DNA of 32,000 nt from Prochlorococcus marinus subsp. pastoris str. CCMP1986. GTDB taxonomy: Bacteria; Cyanobacteriota; Cyanobacteriia; PCC-6307; Cyanobiaceae. This document shows positions 16,023 through 24,483 of this stretch, piece after piece (the first letter of the stretch is position 1; every line of letters starts with the position of its first letter). The notes under the pieces were generated by a model. That model was not told the DNA's origin, did not search any database, and saw only the letters and a list, made by a program, of their open reading frames with translations. A program made the translations under genes and the position numbers. The stretch lies in NCBI RefSeq assembly GCF_000011465.1, contig NC_005072.1, forward strand, positions 90,001 through 122,000, given 5' to 3'.

Positions 16023-17387
16023 GTGAAGCAAAATAATCAAAATGTAAAGGATAAAAAAATTTCAAAGGTTGCTTTTAGTCATGTTGGTTGTGAGAAAAAT
16101 CTTGTTGATACTGAACATATGCAAGGGTTATTAGATAAGGAGGGATATGAAGTAGGAAATGATATAGAAGATGCGAATGTGGTTGTAGTCAATACTTGTA
16201 GTTTTATAGAAACAGCTAGAGAAGAATCTATAAGGAAGATAATTGAATTTACTGATCAAGGTAAAGAGGTAATAGTTGCTGGTTGTATGGCTCAGCATTT
16301 TAAAGAAGAACTTTTAAAAGAAATGCCTGAAATAAAAGGTTTAGTAGGAACGGGTGATTATCAAAAAATAGCTAAGGTTATTAAAAGAGTAGAGAAAGGG
16401 GAAATTGTTAATGAAGTTTCAAAAATACCTGAATTTATTGCAGATGAAAAAATTCCACGCTTTGTAGATAAAAATAAATTTGTTGCTTATCTTCGTATCG
16501 CTGAAGGGTGTGATTATAAGTGTGCATTTTGTATTATTCCTAAGTTAAGAGGTCCTCAACGCAGTAGGGACATAGAATCTATAGTTTCAGAAGCAAAAAA
16601 TCTTGCAGCTCAAGGGATTCAAGAAATAATACTAATTAGTCAAATTACAACAAATTATGGTCAAGATATTTATGGTAAACCTTCTTTAGCAAGACTCTTG
16701 AAAGAACTGTCTAAAGTTTCAGTTCCTTGGATACGAATTCATTATGCATATCCAACTGGTTTAACTGATGAAGTTATTAAATCTTTTAAAGATTCAAATA
16801 ATATAGTTCCCTATTTTGATCTACCTTTGCAACACAGTCATCCAGATGTTCTAAAAAGTATGAATAGACCTTGGCAAGCTTCTTTAAATGAATCAATTTT
16901 GAGTCAAATAAGGGAGCAAATACCATCTGCTGTATTAAGAACAAGCTTAATTGTTGGTTTCCCTGGAGAAAATCAAAAACATTTTCAACATCTTTTAGAT
17001 TTTTTGCATAGGCATGAGTTTGATCATGTTGGCGTTTTTATCTTTTCTCCGGAGGAAGGAACAAGTGCTTTCGATTTGCCAAATAGGGTACCCTCAGAAG
17101 TAGCTGATGCGAGAAAAGATAATATAATATCTATTCAACAAAATATTTCTAAGAAAAAAAATCAGTTATATGTAGGTACTACGATTAAAGTATTAGTAGA
17201 AAAAATATCAGAAAATAAAGAACTGATAGGACGTTCTTATAACTTTGCTCCAGAAATAGACGGTAATGTCATATTATCCATTAAAAATTATGAAGATGAA
17301 AAAAATTATATCGGTAAATTTGTTGAAGCAAATATTTGTTTTGCGGATGAATATGATTTATATGGAGAGGTTATAAAAACCTTATGA
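16023..17387 (+). CDS. rimO: Ribosomal protein S12 methylthiotransferase (MiaB/RimO family)
   Basis: GTG start. N-terminal UPF0004 cysteines (GCEKN, NTCSF, AGCM). Radical-SAM motif CDYKCAFC. C-terminal TRAM-like domain. The size and the absence of a long N-terminal extension fit RimO better than MiaB. Confidence 0.85.
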
Positions 17388-17393
17388 ATTTTT

Positions 17394-17486
17394 TTAAATT
17401 AATTTAACTGCTCTTAAAAGTTTATCTAATAAGAAAGCGGCTCCAAAACCAAAACCTAGAAATGCAAAATAGAAAATGATGTTCAT
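17394..17486 (-). CDS. petL: 30-aa hydrophobic peptide, probable cytochrome b6f subunit PetL (not in ORF track)
   Basis: Manual reverse-strand translation gives MNIIFYFAFLGFGFGAAFLLDKLLRAVKLI, a single TM helix. The N-terminal YF.FL and the C-terminal K(L/I)I ending resemble PetL peptides as I remember them (plastid ...YFGFLLAA...L.KIRLI). The assignment is tentative. Confidence 0.55.
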   Translation of the reverse strand: MNIIFYFAFLGFGFGAAFLLDKLLRAVKLI

Positions 17487-17551
17487 TTATCTTTTATATT
17501 TTTATTTAATTTAGCACCTCAATAAGAATTAGAATTCTTTCGTTTAATTTC

Positions 17552-17944
17552 TTAATCTTGAATATAAGGTAATTTTTTGTATAAGCATTCTTCTGCTTTT
17601 TGTAACTCTCGTCCTAAATATAAGGCATGATCAAATCTAGATATTAGATCATTACGCTTTTCTGTTATTGCTATTCCAATCTCTTTAGCGCTAATTCCTG
17701 TGAAGGTCTCATTACAAGTTTTGATTTCTTTTGAGTCACATTTAATAGGCTCATTAGTTTTTGGATCTATTGCATATCCTTCTTTATTAATAGTATTTAA
17801 ATAATGTTCTAAGATGATTTTTTTTGTCTCCAAATCTATCTTTATAATAAAATATCCATTAGGGTCTAGCTTAATATATCTATTAGATAAATCATTATCT
17901 ATATCTATTTTTTTTTCAAATATTTTAATAAAATCCATCTTCAC
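17552..17944 (-). CDS. DUF4346-domain protein (130 aa)
   Basis: Motifs LDPNGYFIIKID, the I.LEHY region and the C-terminal HALYLGRELQKAEECL....YIQD match my memory of the DUF4346 pattern (LDp.GYF.I ... HAaYLGrEL.kAE ... Y.QD). Confidence 0.65.
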   Translation of the reverse strand: MKMDFIKIFEKKIDIDNDLSNRYIKLDPNGYFIIKIDLETKKIILEHYLNTINKEGYAIDPKTNEPIKCDSKEIKTCNETFTGISAKEIGIAITEKRNDLISRFDHALYLGRELQKAEECLYKKLPYIQD

Positions 17945-18002
17945 ATTTTTAATAAAATTATATTAATAATATAAACAACTATCAGATTAATTAATTTCTA
18001 TT

Positions 18003-19157
18003 TTATTTAAAAGGAATAGAATTATTTTCTAACTCAATTTCTTTCAAAGTTTGAAAATTAACTTCATTTAACCAAGGGGTAATTATATTTTTCATGTTTT
18101 TGTTAAACCATTTGTGAAAACTTTTAGCACCTTTTGCATAAAATCCTCTTCTTCTTTTATGTTTACCTCCTGCTCCAGGATCAAAACTTTCAATGTTATT
18201 TTTTATTGCCCACTCAATAGGCTGGTAATAGCATAATTCAAAATGTAAGTTAAGTACTTCTTCTTGACTACCCCAATATCTACCCCATATATATTTTTCA
18301 TTTTTTATACACATTGACATTGCAATCGTACTTTCAGAATCATTTCTTGATGCACTAAAAAACAATAGATTTCTTTTATTTTCAAGAATGTTTTCAAAAA
18401 ATTCAGAGGTAAGATATTTGCTACCCCAGACTCCCCATCTCAAACAATGTTGCTCGTAGAAATTATGCATTTTTTGGACCATTTCTAGATTTATATTCTC
18501 CTCTGTATGAATTTTGATCTCGAGGTTTTGTTTTGAAATTGATTTTCTTTCTTTTTTAATGTTTTTTCTTTGATTAGAGTTGAATCTGGATAAAAAATCA
18601 TCAAATGTCTTTTCCCCATTATTCTTCCATTCACTACTTGTATTTATCCATTCCTGATATCCTAGGGATTTTAGATGTTTTCCCCAATCTTCGTTTACAT
18701 ATAAGAAATTGCAACTCAAGATATTATTTTGCAAAGCAAAGTCATCAATATGTTTTATTAATGAATTTGTAATCTCAATTTTATTTTTATTTTCTTTATA
18801 TAAAAATTCGTATCCACTAATAGGGCTGTAAGGGCTCATCCCAATGAGCTTAGGATAATAATTTAAATTTAAATCTTGAGCTAATTTTGCAAAGGATTGA
18901 TCAAAAATAAATTCTCCATAACTATGATTTTTAAGAAAAAGTGGAGCTATTCCGCATATTTCTTCATTTTCATAAGCAATAAAATATAAAGGTTGCCATC
19001 CAGTTTGTCTTGAGACACTTTTCGATAATTCAAGGTTATAGAGCCATTCCCATTCGTAAAATGGATTGTTGATTTCTTTTCTTAATTCATTCCATGTTTC
19101 TTTATTTATTTCTTGAATTGATAGTTTAATTTCAATTTTGTGCTCAATATGATTCAT
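18003..19157 (-). CDS. FemAB-like / DUF482 family protein (acyl-CoA N-acyltransferase superfamily, function unknown)
   Basis: Strong family-type motifs: NPFYEWEWLYNLELSKSV..GWQPLY, GIAPLFLKNHSYGEFIFDQSFA, NYYPKLIGMSPYSPISG and a C-terminal GAGGKHKRRRGF. Confidence 0.72.
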   Translation of the reverse strand: MNHIEHKIEIKLSIQEINKETWNELRKEINNPFYEWEWLYNLELSKSVSRQTGWQPLYFIAYENEEICGIAPLFLKNHSYGEFIFDQSFAKLAQDLNLNYYPKLIGMSPYSPISGYEFLYKENKNKIEITNSLIKHIDDFALQNNILSCNFLYVNEDWGKHLKSLGYQEWINTSSEWKNNGEKTFDDFLSRFNSNQRKNIKKERKSISKQNLEIKIHTEENINLEMVQKMHNFYEQHCLRWGVWGSKYLTSEFFENILENKRNLLFFSASRNDSESTIAMSMCIKNEKYIWGRYWGSQEEVLNLHFELCYYQPIEWAIKNNIESFDPGAGGKHKRRRGFYAKGAKSFHKWFNKNMKNIITPWLNEVNFQTLKEIELENNSIPFK

Positions 19158-19168
19158 ATTTTTTTACT

Positions 19169-19831
19169 TTAATCATCTTTAGTTTTTCTTGTGTAATGAA
19201 TATATATTTCATTTCTATCTAATTCTTGAATCGATTTTATATTCCAAAATTGCTTTAAATTAAAAATTTTATTTGTTTGTTCAGTAGGTATCCATGTAAA
19301 TTTCCCTCCAATGATTCTTGGGGCTATTGTAATTTTGATTTCATCAATCAAATCTTCTTTTATAAAAGAATTTATAAGATTTGCCCCACCAAGAAGTGCT
19401 AGACGATTGATTCCAGCTTTTTTAATACTTAACAAGGTTTTACTCCAGGAATTTTTGTAGAAAATTTCTTTATCAAAATCTTTAGTCTCTATTGCATCTT
19501 TTTTATTAGAGCTGATTAACCATCTTTTAATTGGTTGATTGAAATAATTCCAATCTTTTTTAAATTTTTTGCTATTGGAGGCCACTATAGAAATAGGCTG
19601 ATTTTTTGAAATTTTTATTTCGCCATTTTTACAATGATTTTTTACTAAATATGTACTTTGATGAGCTTTTAGAGTTCCCAATCCAAAAATGGTAGCGTCA
19701 ACTATTGATAAGTTTTCATCTAACATTCTCCTATCTTCCTTACTTCCAAGATGAGATTCACCTCCACTTGGGAAGGCAATCCTTCCATCTAAACTAGAAG
19801 CGATAATGATCGCTATGCTTGGAGTATTCAA
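19169..19831 (-). CDS. RibD C-terminal-domain-type (DHFR-fold) reductase, stand-alone
   Basis: TTG start overlapping the upstream stop (TTGA). Motifs IIIASSLDGRIA, FGLGTLKAH and LLGGANLINSFIKEDLIDEIKITIAPRIIGG are typical of the RibD_C / dihydrofolate-reductase-like fold. There is no cytidine-deaminase-like N-terminal domain. Confidence 0.75.
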   Translation of the reverse strand: MNTPSIAIIIASSLDGRIAFPSGGESHLGSKEDRRMLDENLSIVDATIFGLGTLKAHQSTYLVKNHCKNGEIKISKNQPISIVASNSKKFKKDWNYFNQPIKRWLISSNKKDAIETKDFDKEIFYKNSWSKTLLSIKKAGINRLALLGGANLINSFIKEDLIDEIKITIAPRIIGGKFTWIPTEQTNKIFNLKQFWNIKSIQELDRNEIYIHYTRKTKDD

Positions 19832-20754
19832 GCTTGAGCAACTAAAGAGTTAGTAAGATTTTTTTGCAAAGAATTTGGTAAGCTTTGTTCAACATAAATT
19901 TCCGCAGCATTATTTGGGCTCTCTTGAAGTTTTACCTTGTGCAGATTTGCTCCAATTTTTTTAATCGGAGATGAGAGAATATCGGCAATGTGTAGTGCAA
20001 TATTTTCACATGTTGGGACGCAAGTTTTAAAATATTCGATATCTTTGTTTAAGAAAGTATGATCAAATGGTTCAACTATAAGATCATCAATAATTGCTTG
20101 TAATGAAGGTAAATCACATATCATCCCAGTTCTTGGATCAATTTTTCCTCGGACTGTTACATCGAGAAAATAATTATGTCCATGTCCATTTACTCTGGCA
20201 CATTTCCCATAAATCTTCTTGTTTTCATCAAGAGAAATCTCATCTTTTGCTAATCGGTGAGCAGCATTAAAATGACTTTGAATTGTTAATAAAGCTTCCA
20301 TGTTTTTTCCATAGTAATCTGCCCATAAAGTTGGGCTTTCATAAATTCTTAAACTTGTAAGAGGTAGTTCATCTTTTAAACGATTCCAGATAACTTTAAC
20401 TAGAGCCTCAGTCGTTGGAAGAATGCCTTCTTGACTATGAATATTAAATTCAGGCCATACGTCATTTAAAAAACGAAAATCTAATTGTCCAGTGACCTTA
20501 CTCTTAATAGAATGTTTTACATCAGAAAGATTAAGGACCATTCCATCCGAGTCAAGTTTGCCCCCCATTGATACGATAAGTTCGTAATTATGGCCATGTC
20601 CTGGAGCTATACTACATTTCCCAAAAAGAGAGAAATTATCTTCTGAGCTTTTTTCAGGAAGCCAATAACGATGACTCGAACTAAAACAGGCACGTCGAGT
20701 TATGACGCATTCACGTCCCTGCCCATGTAATGGATTGGTATGTGTAAAAGTCAT
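19828..20754 (-). CDS. Tandem-duplicated 6-pyruvoyl-tetrahydropterin synthase (two PTPS domains in one chain)
   Basis: N-half: RRACFSSSHRYW...LFGKCSIAPGHGHNYEL. C-half: IQSHFNAAHRL...IYGKCARVNGHGHNYFL. Both carry the eukaryote-type C-x5-HGH PTPS motif and the upstream Zn-ligand His. Confidence 0.85.
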   Translation of the reverse strand: MTFTHTNPLHGQGRECVITRRACFSSSHRYWLPEKSSEDNFSLFGKCSIAPGHGHNYELIVSMGGKLDSDGMVLNLSDVKHSIKSKVTGQLDFRFLNDVWPEFNIHSQEGILPTTEALVKVIWNRLKDELPLTSLRIYESPTLWADYYGKNMEALLTIQSHFNAAHRLAKDEISLDENKKIYGKCARVNGHGHNYFLDVTVRGKIDPRTGMICDLPSLQAIIDDLIVEPFDHTFLNKDIEYFKTCVPTCENIALHIADILSSPIKKIGANLHKVKLQESPNNAAEIYVEQSLPNSLQKNLTNSLVAQA

Positions 20755-20804
20755 AAATGTCTGTAATAATACTATCTTAAGGTTTTATATACTCTTTTGT
20801 CTGT

Positions 20805-21362
20805 ATGGAAAAATCTATTATTGAGAAAACAAACAAAATAATTCAAGGAAGAAGTATATATTTGATAGGTATGATGGCTAGTGGTAAATCTAAAACTGGT
20901 CCAGTATTAGCCGAGTTATTGAGGTATAAGTATATTGATCTGGATAAATTAATAGAGAATATAGCAAAAAAAACAATTAATGAGATGTTCCAGGAAGATG
21001 GAGAAAAAGCATTCCGAGAACTAGAAACAAATTGCTTAAAAGAAACAATTAAAATCCCTTCTTTAATCGTTTCTACTGGTGGAGGAATTATTTCTAAACC
21101 AGAAAACTGGGGTGTTTTAAGGCAAGGAATTATTATTTGGATTGACACAAAGCAAGAGATTGCTCTTGAGAGGTTGAAAAAAGATATTGAAAATAGACCT
21201 CTATTACAGGGAGAAGATTTAAGTGATTTATATAACCAAATTTTTCAATCTAGAAAAAATTTATATTCTCAGGCTGACTTAAGAGTTGAGGTTAATAACG
21301 AAGATGTTGAAGAAGTTGCAAAACAAATAGTTTATGGAATTTACAAAAAAATTATAAATTAA
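20805..21362 (+). CDS. aroK: Shikimate kinase
   Basis: Walker A motif GMMASGKSKTG. The motifs D.D..IE, E.GE.AFRE.E and STGGG are diagnostic of shikimate kinase. The 185-aa size fits. Confidence 0.88.
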   Translation: MEKSIIEKTNKIIQGRSIYLIGMMASGKSKTGPVLAELLRYKYIDLDKLIENIAKKTINEMFQEDGEKAFRELETNCLKETIKIPSLIVSTGGGIISKPENWGVLRQGIIIWIDTKQEIALERLKKDIENRPLLQGEDLSDLYNQIFQSRKNLYSQADLRVEVNNEDVEEVAKQIVYGIYKKIIN

Positions 21363-21616
21363 TCAGGTTCCACTCTTACAGCAAACCATTTAATAACGAA
21401 TCCAAATTTTATTTCTAATTCATAAGTACTTTCTAATAATTCTTCGAGAAATTCCTCATTGGAATAATCTTTTTTTTGATATATAGTTGATGAATCAACC
21501 TTATGAAGCCAATTTCTTAACCATAATATTGCTTCTTTTTTAGTTACTATTTTTTCTTTTGAATCTGGCTCTAATAATACAAAATGGTCTTCAGATCTTA
21601 TTAATGGATTAGACAT
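21359..21616 (-). CDS. Small conserved hypothetical (85 aa), possibly CRR7-like
   Basis: ATG-initiated. The layout HFVLLEPDSKEKIVTKKEA..WL...L and the C-terminal ELEIKFGFVIKWFAVRVEP resemble my memory of the cyanobacterial/plant CRR7-like small-protein family. This is tentative. Confidence 0.5.
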   Translation of the reverse strand: MSNPLIRSEDHFVLLEPDSKEKIVTKKEAILWLRNWLHKVDSSTIYQKKDYSNEEFLEELLESTYELEIKFGFVIKWFAVRVEPD

Positions 21617-22325
21617 GATTAAAAATTTTTTAGGATTAATTATTTTTCTAATTATTCAAGTAATTTCTTTAGATAATGCATTTGCTTTCAATGATCATAA
21701 TGTAAGAGAATTTTTAGATGAAAGAGAAAATTTATGGCCAGAATTATACTTACCAAATTTCAAATTTTCAAATACTTCAAGAGATTTAATTTATCCTAAT
21801 TGGTTTGAGGGTAATTGGCTTGTTACTTCTCAAGATTTAGAAGATGAGTCTCAAGCACCAGTGATTTACAAAGTAAATTTTTTCAAAAATAATTTAAATC
21901 AAGTTATTGGTAATCGATCGAAAAATTCTGAGTCAATTGGTAAAGCGATATTTGGTGATACTTTGATTAAAGTTGTTAATGATCCTAAATCAATTAACAA
22001 ACAAATTACTTATTTAAAAGATGATCTATATATTGATTCAAGGATCACAGGAAGAAATCAAATTAAAGATGATGATATGTTTTTTGCTGACGAATTAGTT
22101 ATTCAAACTCTTCATAAACCAGGAGCATCTAGGGTTAATCAGGTCGAGACAATAAGTAAATTTCAAAAATGTAATCGTCATAATTCCAATTCAGAGAATA
22201 CTTTAAAACCTAATATCTGCGGTTTTCAATATATTGCTACATACGGTTCAAAAGTTGGAGATCCCTCAGTGCATGCAATTAAAACTAGTAAATTTAAATT
22301 ATCGTTTGAATTTATTGAGAGTTAG
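21615..22325 (+). CDS. Secreted/lumenal hypothetical protein (236 aa) with signal peptide
   Basis: N-terminal signal peptide MIKNFLGLIIFLIIQVISLDNAFAF followed by a non-repetitive soluble domain (NWFEGNWLVTSQDL...). I cannot assign a family with confidence. Confidence 0.6.
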   Translation: MIKNFLGLIIFLIIQVISLDNAFAFNDHNVREFLDERENLWPELYLPNFKFSNTSRDLIYPNWFEGNWLVTSQDLEDESQAPVIYKVNFFKNNLNQVIGNRSKNSESIGKAIFGDTLIKVVNDPKSINKQITYLKDDLYIDSRITGRNQIKDDDMFFADELVIQTLHKPGASRVNQVETISKFQKCNRHNSNSENTLKPNICGFQYIATYGSKVGDPSVHAIKTSKFKLSFEFIES

Positions 22326-23037
22326 CACTAAAAAGATATTCTTCTATGTTGTTTCTCCAAATAAATATATTTTCTAAATAAGGATTATTTATGTATTCTT
22401 GACAACCTTCCCCTGAAAGAATTGGTCCCGATGATTTTGGAAATTTAAGAAGAGATAATTGTGCACTAATTGCAATATCAGCTATTGATAAATTATCGCC
22501 TATCAAATATTTTTTATTAATTAGGGCTTTAGATAAAGCCTCTAATATTTTTTGCAGTTCTAAATTGTCTTTGGTAGAAAAAACTACATTAGAAATTTTA
22601 CTAAGATTTTTAAAAGGTAATTTATCAACTAAACCTTTTACTGAAGATGGTATTTCGTCTGGAAGTAAAGCAGTGCGTAGTTGTGGATTCTCTATTGCTG
22701 ATTTAATCAGAGCTTTTCTACAAGTTGAAGCCATAGTAGTGTCAGCCCAATCTTCTATTAATTTGCATTGTGCAAACAATAAAGGATCTTTTGGAAAAAG
22801 TGGATTATTATCATTTTTTTTATTTATATATTCGCAAATAATTGTAGAGTCACTAATAATTTGATCATTATCATCAACAATTATTGGGACTTGTTTTTGA
22901 CCTGATATCTTAAAGATTTCAAATTGACCTAAGCCTGGTGTAACTTCTTCAACTCTATATTGCAATTTCTTTGCGTGAAGAGCCATTCTTGTCTTTAAGC
23001 AAAAAGCGCTATGTCTAAATTGATATAATGTAATCAT
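22312..23037 (-). CDS. Glutathione S-transferase family protein
   Basis: The N-terminal thioredoxin-like GST fold (ITLYQFRHSAFCLKTRMAL, KQVPIIVDD, ISDSTIICEYI) and a helical C-terminal domain (LSIADIAISAQL) are both present. Confidence 0.8.
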   Translation of the reverse strand: MITLYQFRHSAFCLKTRMALHAKKLQYRVEEVTPGLGQFEIFKISGQKQVPIIVDDNDQIISDSTIICEYINKKNDNNPLFPKDPLLFAQCKLIEDWADTTMASTCRKALIKSAIENPQLRTALLPDEIPSSVKGLVDKLPFKNLSKISNVVFSTKDNLELQKILEALSKALINKKYLIGDNLSIADIAISAQLSLLKFPKSSGPILSGEGCQEYINNPYLENIFIWRNNIEEYLFSANSQ

Positions 23038-23091
23038 GCTGTTTAATGTTTGTTAAAACTTAGCTAAAAAAGTAATCAAATTGTGGAGCTA

Positions 23092-23295
23092 ATGGGCCAA
23101 TTTTTCTCTAATGTTGCAAGATATCCTAAGTATTTAATTTCTATTATTGCAGGAGGATTAGTTGCATTACTAGAACCTTTATTTAAAAATAGATCAAATC
23201 CATTAACATTAGTAGGTTTAATTTCTTCAGTAATAAGTGCCTTCATAACATTTTATTTCGTACTAAAAGCAATGACTAATCCAATCAACTTATAA
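23092..23295 (+). CDS. Ycf33-like / DUF751 small membrane protein
   Basis: MGQFFSNVARYPKYLISIIAGGLVALLEPLF... matches the family N-terminus (M..FF.NV.RYP.Y) and has two TM helices. I prefer the ATG at 23092 over the GTG at 23083 used by the ORF track. Confidence 0.6.
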   Translation: MGQFFSNVARYPKYLISIIAGGLVALLEPLFKNRSNPLTLVGLISSVISAFITFYFVLKAMTNPINL

Positions 23296-23300
23296 CAATA

Positions 23301-23699
23301 ATGCCTAATAATTATCGGATTGCAAAAATTTCTTCTTTGTTGAAAAAAGAGATAACTCTTATTTTGCAGAATGATTTGGAAAATGATCTATTAAGGAGTA
23401 ATTTTATTAATATTTCAAAAATAGAATTATCAGGAGATTTGCAATTTTGCAAGATTTATATAACTTCAACTGCTGAAGAAGCAATAAGAAAAGAAATTGT
23501 TGAAGAATTAAATCTTGCTAAGACCTATATCAGGCATACTTTAGGTCAAAGAATAGAGATGAGACGAGTACCAGAAATGACTTTTAAAGACGATACAGTA
23601 TTAGAAAAAGGATTGTCGGTACTCAAGCTCCTTGCGGAATTAAAAAATAAAAAACATAATCAAGATTCAAAAGTTGAGGGAAATAATAAAAATGTCTGA
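23301..23699 (+). CDS. rbfA: Ribosome-binding factor A
   Basis: R(I/V)A..I.KEI..I, ISKIELSGDLQFCKIYI and RRVPEMTFKDD are the standard RbfA motifs. The 132-aa size fits. Confidence 0.85.
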   Translation: MPNNYRIAKISSLLKKEITLILQNDLENDLLRSNFINISKIELSGDLQFCKIYITSTAEEAIRKEIVEELNLAKTYIRHTLGQRIEMRRVPEMTFKDDTVLEKGLSVLKLLAELKNKKHNQDSKVEGNNKNV

Positions 23700-24483
23700 G
23701 CTCTCTTTGAATCAAAAAAATATAATTATTACTCGATCAAAAGATAAGATATCTGATGTAAAAAAGTTATTCACTAATAAAGGAGCTCAAATATTTGATT
23801 TTCCAGCAATTGATGTTGGATATCCTGATGATTTAAATCCTCTTGATGATGCCTTAAGCGAAATTAACGATTTTCACTGGATTATTTTTACCAGTAGTAA
23901 TGGAATACAATTTGTAGATGAGAGATTAAGAAATTTAAATACTTCATTAAAAGAATGTTCGAAGAAAATAAAAATTGCTGTAGTAGGGGAGAAAACTTCC
24001 TTAACTCTAAGCGATTTAGGTATTGAGGCTGATTTCGTCCCCCCAGAATTTGTAGCAGAAAGTTTAATTGAAAATTTTCCGGTATCAGGATATGGACTCA
24101 GAGTTTTTTTGCCAAGAGTTCAAACAGGAGGAAGGAATTTCATAGCTGATGAATTCAGGAATTCTGGTTCGCGTGTTGTAGAGGTTCCAGCCTATGAAAC
24201 AAGATGTCCGGATTCAATTCCTATAGAAACAATAAATGCTATCTCTAACAGAAAAATTGATGCAATGGTTTTTTCAAGTGGTAAAACAGTATCAAATTCT
24301 TCTTTCTTGCTTGAAAAAGAATTTGGGGAAGAATGGTTAACCTATCTAGAAAATGCAAAATTATTAACTATTGGACCTCAAACTTCAAAAATATGTGGAA
24401 AAACTTTTGGCAGAGTTGATAAAGAGGCGGTTAAGTACACTTTTGAAGGATTATTAGATGCGGCAATTGATATTTTTAATTAG
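23692..24483 (+). CDS. hemD: Uroporphyrinogen-III synthase
   Basis: Typical HemD layout: IIITR(S/P) near the N-terminus, WIIFTSSNGI, a second-half VFSSGKTV, and TIGPQTS. I prefer ATG 23692 (ATGTCTGA overlap with the rbfA stop) over the TTG at 23674. Confidence 0.8.
   Translation: MSELSLNQKNIIITRSKDKISDVKKLFTNKGAQIFDFPAIDVGYPDDLNPLDDALSEINDFHWIIFTSSNGIQFVDERLRNLNTSLKECSKKIKIAVVGEKTSLTLSDLGIEADFVPPEFVAESLIENFPVSGYGLRVFLPRVQTGGRNFIADEFRNSGSRVVEVPAYETRCPDSIPIETINAISNRKIDAMVFSSGKTVSNSSFLLEKEFGEEWLTYLENAKLLTIGPQTSKICGKTFGRVDKEAVKYTFEGLLDAAIDIFN

Noticed and set aside
17524-17539. Palindrome AAGAATT-AG-AATTCTT downstream of the DUF4346 gene, considered as a terminator
   Set aside because: A two-nucleotide loop cannot form a stable hairpin. 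The stem is AT-rich and there is no U-tract. It is more likely a chance palindrome around a GAATTC core.
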